From assembly GCA_020629155.1 (NCBI GenBank), contig JAHDDW010000008.1, forward strand, positions 36,175-100,174: a stretch of 64,000 nucleotides of DNA, written 5' to 3'. How positions within the stretch are numbered: position 1 is the stretch's first letter; each line of letters begins with the position of its first letter. Made by a program: the position numbers and the translations under genes. Positions 59,779 through 64,000 of the stretch are shown one piece after another. Under the pieces are notes generated by a model. That model did no database searches. It was not told where the DNA came from and was given only the letters and a program-made list of their open reading frames with translations. Origin of the DNA: Acidimicrobiales bacterium. Lineage in GTDB: Bacteria; Actinomycetota; Acidimicrobiia; Acidimicrobiales; SZUA-35.

Positions 59779-61047
59779 TTACATCAACGGTTGAAGAACT
59801 TCTGGTATAGCGATGGTACCATCGGGTTGCTGATAATTTTCGATGATCGCAATGAGCGTCCTGTCGGCAATTGCAGTTGCATCGTTGGTGTATGCTACCT
59901 TTTTATTTCCATCAGCATCTTTGTATTTAGTTTGCAGCCCCCGTGCCTGGTAGTCACCCATCAAATCGGCAGAGTGCGTTTCGCGATATTTTTGTTGCCC
60001 TGGCATCCAAGTTTCAATATCGACGCCGCGTTGATTCGGGCCACCCATATCGAATGTGCATTTCAAAACTACCTGGTAGGGGAGGCCAAGTTGGGCCATC
60101 AAATATTCTTGCACCGCAATCATAAATTCGTGTTCAGCCCGTGAGGTTTCTTCATCGGTGAAAGATTCCATCTCTAGCTTATTGAATTGGTGCACACGCA
60201 ATATTCCTCTTGTGTCGGCACCAGCAGAGCCTACTTCACGGCGAAATGCTGGTGAGTAGCCAACGAAACGTATTGGCAGCTGCTCATGCTCTAACGTTTC
60301 GCCTTTGTAATAGGCACAAAGTGAATGTTCTGCTGAACCGATAAGCCACAAATCGTCGTCTGCCAGTTTAAAGGTAACATCATTAGGTTTGAGACGGCCA
60401 GTTGCTTTATATGCTTCGGTACGCATCATTACTGGAGGTAACATCGCGGTGAATGGCTTCGGGTCGATGTCTAGCCCAGCGTCACTGATAATGCCAGCAA
60501 TCACTTCAGGGTCGCTCAGCTGTTGCATCCCCCAGTACATAAGCGCCATTTCAAGTTTGGCTACCAGGCCTTGGATGAAAGCAAACCGTGCGCCACTAAT
60601 GCGGGCGGCTCGTTCTTGATCAATATAATTTGTTAACTCCCAATGAGGTTTAGGTTCAAAATCGAAGTTTGGTTTCGTGCCGCACTGGCGAAGAACTTGG
60701 TTGTCGTCTTCACTAGACCCAACAGGGGTGTCGTGCGAAGGCACATTTGGGATTTCATAGAGCAGCTTGCTATAGGTTTCGTTTATGGATGCAAGTTCTG
60801 CTTCAACTGTTGCGATTTGTTCTTTAAGCTCTTTGCCTTTAGCGATTTGTTCCTCGCTAGGGCGGCCCTGTTTCATAGACTTAGCGTGTTCGTTACGTTG
60901 CTGGCGAAGAGTGTCAGCTTGTGCGATCTGCGACCTTCGTTTATCGTCGAGGGAAACAAGTTCAGCGATCGAAACGCTTGATCCTTTGTCAGTGGCTGCT
61001 TTTTGCACTAGCTCTTGATTTTCTCGAATAAATTGAATGTCCAACAT
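59779..61047 (-). CDS. serS: Seryl-tRNA synthetase
   Basis: MLDIQFIREN (start 61047), GSAEH, FRREVG, GILRVHQFNKLEM, DIETWMP, IIENYQ. Confidence 0.95.
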   Translation of the reverse strand: MLDIQFIRENQELVQKAATDKGSSVSIAELVSLDDKRRSQIAQADTLRQQRNEHAKSMKQGRPSEEQIAKGKELKEQIATVEAELASINETYSKLLYEIPNVPSHDTPVGSSEDDNQVLRQCGTKPNFDFEPKPHWELTNYIDQERAARISGARFAFIQGLVAKLEMALMYWGMQQLSDPEVIAGIISDAGLDIDPKPFTAMLPPVMMRTEAYKATGRLKPNDVTFKLADDDLWLIGSAEHSLCAYYKGETLEHEQLPIRFVGYSPAFRREVGSAGADTRGILRVHQFNKLEMESFTDEETSRAEHEFMIAVQEYLMAQLGLPYQVVLKCTFDMGGPNQRGVDIETWMPGQQKYRETHSADLMGDYQARGLQTKYKDADGNKKVAYTNDATAIADRTLIAIIENYQQPDGTIAIPEVLQPLM

Positions 61048-61207
61048 AGAGCTTGAGTATAGCCGCCTTGGTAAGAACGCATCTCTTATTTGAAGTGCAA
61101 ACTTGACTAACAATTTGGCAAACTGCCATAGTTATTTGGAGGTTAGATCAAATAGCGTGAGTAACATTAAACTGTGAAGTCAGCCTTGTCTACTCTGGAG
61201 TTACTAC

Positions 61208-61771
61208 ATGGATGCTAAAATTTGTTTACTAGGTTTGGTTTGTCTGAGCTTCTTTGCAGCAGGATGTGGCGGAGATTCTGAAACAGACGAACCAGTCATG
61301 CAACAAGAAGCAGAGAGCACAACGACGACAGTCTCCAATGAGCTGTTGAGAAAAAACGCAAACTTGGGAGTAACAACAGCAATAGCGAAACTCGATATAG
61401 CCAGTGTGAAAGCTACAAATGTTATTGCAGAACTTCCGTTGGAAGAAACAATCGAACCTGTAGAAGAAAGTTATCTTGTGTTTGAGTTAGATTTTTCATC
61501 AGAAGATGGATCTACAAGAAACTATTTAAAGTCAGAGATGCAGCTACAATTCGCTGAGCAATCTAGCATCTTGACGCCTGAGTATCTTTTCCTAGATGGA
61601 GAAAGTGTTGAGAGTTTTGCAGTTGGACAAGAAACTACGAGTGTCAAGGCGGTTTATCTAACTTCCACTCTTCTCGATAACCTTGATGACACCAAATTTA
61701 TTATGGACAACCAAGACTTTGTTGTCGAAAATAGTGCTGGTGCTGCGTTTAACGAACTTGTCTTGGGTTAA
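61208..61771 (+). CDS. Putative lipoprotein
   Basis: Signal peptide with lipobox-like FAAGC followed by a Ser/Thr-rich linker. Confidence 0.65.
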   Translation: MDAKICLLGLVCLSFFAAGCGGDSETDEPVMQQEAESTTTTVSNELLRKNANLGVTTAIAKLDIASVKATNVIAELPLEETIEPVEESYLVFELDFSSEDGSTRNYLKSEMQLQFAEQSSILTPEYLFLDGESVESFAVGQETTSVKAVYLTSTLLDNLDDTKFIMDNQDFVVENSAGAAFNELVLG

Positions 61772-61942
61772 ATTTGGGTGACGTGTCACGCTATTGCGAA
61801 GCGTGAATTTGTCAGAAGATATTGTCCAAAGTCGGGCAGGCCGAAAGTCAATCAAACAAACTGCAGTAGCCCTAAATTTCTAAGAAGTAGGAAGAAGTGT
61901 ACAAAACCGCAAACTGGGTAATGTTTGTTCTAGAGTGGCTAC

Positions 61943-63376
61943 ATGATTTCTGTACGTGTAGCACCTTCCGTTCCATCTTCTGTCACCGCTATCGACCGCC
62001 CTGTCTTTAGTGATAAGCTTGCAGCCTTGCCTGCAAAGCTGCAAAGCCTCGCTGCATTGCAAGGGTTCGATGGCAAGGAAGGACAAACACTTGTCGTCAC
62101 AGCTGGCAATGGTCAGTCTATTGAAGTGCTTGTTGGGCTCGGTGCGAAAGACAAACTAACAGTCAACAGCTTCCGCCTTGGCGCTGCTGCTTACTCTAAA
62201 GTTGTTGCGAAACATGAAAATGTGGCTACAAACCTTTTCAAGGCAAAATCGCGGCTGAATGCTGAGAAAGTGCTTGCAGCTATCGTTGAAGGTGTGCAGC
62301 TTGCTCGCTACGAATTTTGGGCACATAAAAGCGAAGCATCAAAAAGCGTTGCAACGAAGGTTGCGGTAGTTACCAGCTATGACAGTGCAAAAAAAGTTGT
62401 GAAGCGTGCAACAAAAATTGTTGAAGCAGTAAACCTCGCTCGTGACCTTGGCAACGAGCCAGGTGGCACGCTTTTGCCTGTCGAGTTTGTGAAACGAGCG
62501 GAAGCTGTTGCTGAAGCAAATGATTTGAAAGTAACTGTATGGGATCAAAAACGTATTGTAAAAGAGAAACTTGGTGGGCTTCTAGCGGTGAATCAGGGGT
62601 CAGAACATGAGGCTCGGTTCCTGACTCTTGCCTATAAGCCTGCGAAACCTGTCGCGTCAATAGCTCTGGTCGGCAAAGGTATAACCTTTGACTCGGGTGG
62701 TTTATCAATCAAATCTTCGCAAGGCATGATGACGATGAAAATCGATATGGGTGGGGGAGCAGCTGTGCTTGCAGCGATGTCTGCACTTAAAGCTGTAGAT
62801 GCTCCTGTGGCTGTGACAGGCTACATTCCATTAACCGATAATATGACAGGTGGTGCTGCTATTCGTCCTGGCGATGTTTTCATCGCACGCAATGGTAAAA
62901 GCGTTGAAGTGTTAAACACCGATGCAGAAGGTCGTCTGGTGATGGCTGATGCTCTATCGATTGCTGCTGAAACAAAACCTGATGCTATTATCGATGTGGC
63001 AACGTTAACAGGTGCGTCGGCTGTTGCTGTTGGGGGCAAGTTCGTTGCGGTAATGGGCAGCGCACAAGATGTTGTCGATCGTATCTTGTCCGCTGGTGAT
63101 GATGTCGACGAAAATATGTGGCAGCTTCCGTTGCCGAAAGAATATCGTAGCGAACTCGACTCGCCTGTCGCAGACCTTAAAAACATAGGCTCAGGTCGGT
63201 ATGCTGGTGCCAGCGTTGCAGGGTTATTTCTGCAAGAATTTACTGATGGGCTGCCATGGGCACATCTTGACTTAGGGTTAGCAGCCTTTAGCGAGTCGGC
63301 TTCACCATTGGGGCCTAAAGGTGCCACAGGTCTGGCAGTGCGAACGATTATAGAAACGCTCGCGTCTTGGAAATAA
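61943..63376 (+). CDS. pepA: Leucyl aminopeptidase (M17)
   Basis: VGKGITFDSGGLSIK, MKIDMGG, NTDAEGRL, ATLTGA, WAHLD. Confidence 0.95.
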   Translation: MISVRVAPSVPSSVTAIDRPVFSDKLAALPAKLQSLAALQGFDGKEGQTLVVTAGNGQSIEVLVGLGAKDKLTVNSFRLGAAAYSKVVAKHENVATNLFKAKSRLNAEKVLAAIVEGVQLARYEFWAHKSEASKSVATKVAVVTSYDSAKKVVKRATKIVEAVNLARDLGNEPGGTLLPVEFVKRAEAVAEANDLKVTVWDQKRIVKEKLGGLLAVNQGSEHEARFLTLAYKPAKPVASIALVGKGITFDSGGLSIKSSQGMMTMKIDMGGGAAVLAAMSALKAVDAPVAVTGYIPLTDNMTGGAAIRPGDVFIARNGKSVEVLNTDAEGRLVMADALSIAAETKPDAIIDVATLTGASAVAVGGKFVAVMGSAQDVVDRILSAGDDVDENMWQLPLPKEYRSELDSPVADLKNIGSGRYAGASVAGLFLQEFTDGLPWAHLDLGLAAFSESASPLGPKGATGLAVRTIIETLASWK

Positions 63377-63464
63377 TTTGAATAGATAAAACAGAAAAAC
63401 AGTCGGGAAAGGATTAAAAGCGATCACGCTTAACAAGTGAGGTTAGCTCTTCTAAGCCACGGTT

Positions 63465-63998
63465 CTATCTGGCTTTATGTTCTTGTATAGTCGCAACTAG
63501 GTTATCTTTGTTCGTACTGATAAGTCCTTTAGCTCCTGCTTCGACTGCTTGTGCCATTTCGCGTAGTTGAACAAGATTAGAAACGAATACCTCAACAGAG
63601 AACTTTTTATACAGTGCTATGGTGCCTTTGGTGCATACTTGTTTGGGGAGGACGGCATAAGGTATTCGTTGTTTGTGTAGTGCGTTGGCATGTTTTTCCC
63701 CACAAACCTTATCGCCAGCAAGGTGCATTGCGGGTAAAGGGCTTGCTGCAAAAATTGTGCATAGTTGCAGAGAAGACGATGCTAGCCAGATTGTTTGTGG
63801 CCCAGGCTTTAATTCGGTCGCAAGCAGCTCAGCTAGTTTGCTGTCTTCTGTCGCCAATAGCAAAGGGTGTTCTATCGCAAGCTCCTTTAAACTTGTAAGT
63901 GAAACAGCAGTAGTGTCTGTTTCTCGTAGAGAAAAGCGGCTGAGAATCGAAGCAGTACTGCTTCGGTGAAGATGCGGCTGCCCATCAGAACCAGTGAC
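63465..63998 (-). CDS. Partial CDS (5' end outside the window), possibly a degenerate glycerophosphodiester phosphodiesterase-like TIM barrel
   Basis: The frame of track ORF 63465..63863 stays open to the window edge (VTGSDGQPHLH...). C-terminal VEAGAKGLISTN resembles GDPD GVDGIITN. Confidence 0.4.
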   Translation of the reverse strand, partial: VTGSDGQPHLHRSSTASILSRFSLRETDTTAVSLTSLKELAIEHPLLLATEDSKLAELLATELKPGPQTIWLASSSLQLCTIFAASPLPAMHLAGDKVCGEKHANALHKQRIPYAVLPKQVCTKGTIALYKKFSVEVFVSNLVQLREMAQAVEAGAKGLISTNKDNLVATIQEHKAR

Positions 63999-64000
63999 AA

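Overview
Chromosomal segment of an actinobacterium. The gene content suggests Acidimicrobiia: actinobacterial-type leuA, a pgsA-gcvH-FHA-DUF151 cluster, mycoredoxin, a second type IIA topoisomerase, MMPL and an ArfA-like BON/OmpA protein. GC looks unusually low for that class (mid-40s % by eye, not computed). Housekeeping genes (wzc-like kinase, sugar transferase, menG, rlmN, nth, topoisomerase A/B, purKE, sufCSU, trpF/B/A, leuA, HU, fabZ, recG, tyrB/aspC, serS, pepA) are interleaved with accessory genes: an ATPase-DUF234, a membrane-anchored Swt1-type HEPN protein, Fic, AbiE toxin-antitoxin, a degenerate UvrD, an asparaginase-like protein, a glucosidase/GT4/HAD block splitting the trp genes, and a frameshifted TPR gene. 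No rRNA, tRNA, CRISPR array or transposase was recognised. The most distinctive non-coding signal is a dispersed family of CGTC-tagged REP-like hairpin dimers. The copy at 1493-1751 has tandem arrays of half-arms and CTAGATGGTTT terminal inverted repeats. A second MITE-like family, a GC-rich three-hairpin element and structured leaders before leuA and HU are also present. Several scattered genes, including serS, resemble Patescibacteria (CPR) proteins from recall; this needs phylogenetic testing. All family assignments come from motif recognition, with no database searches.
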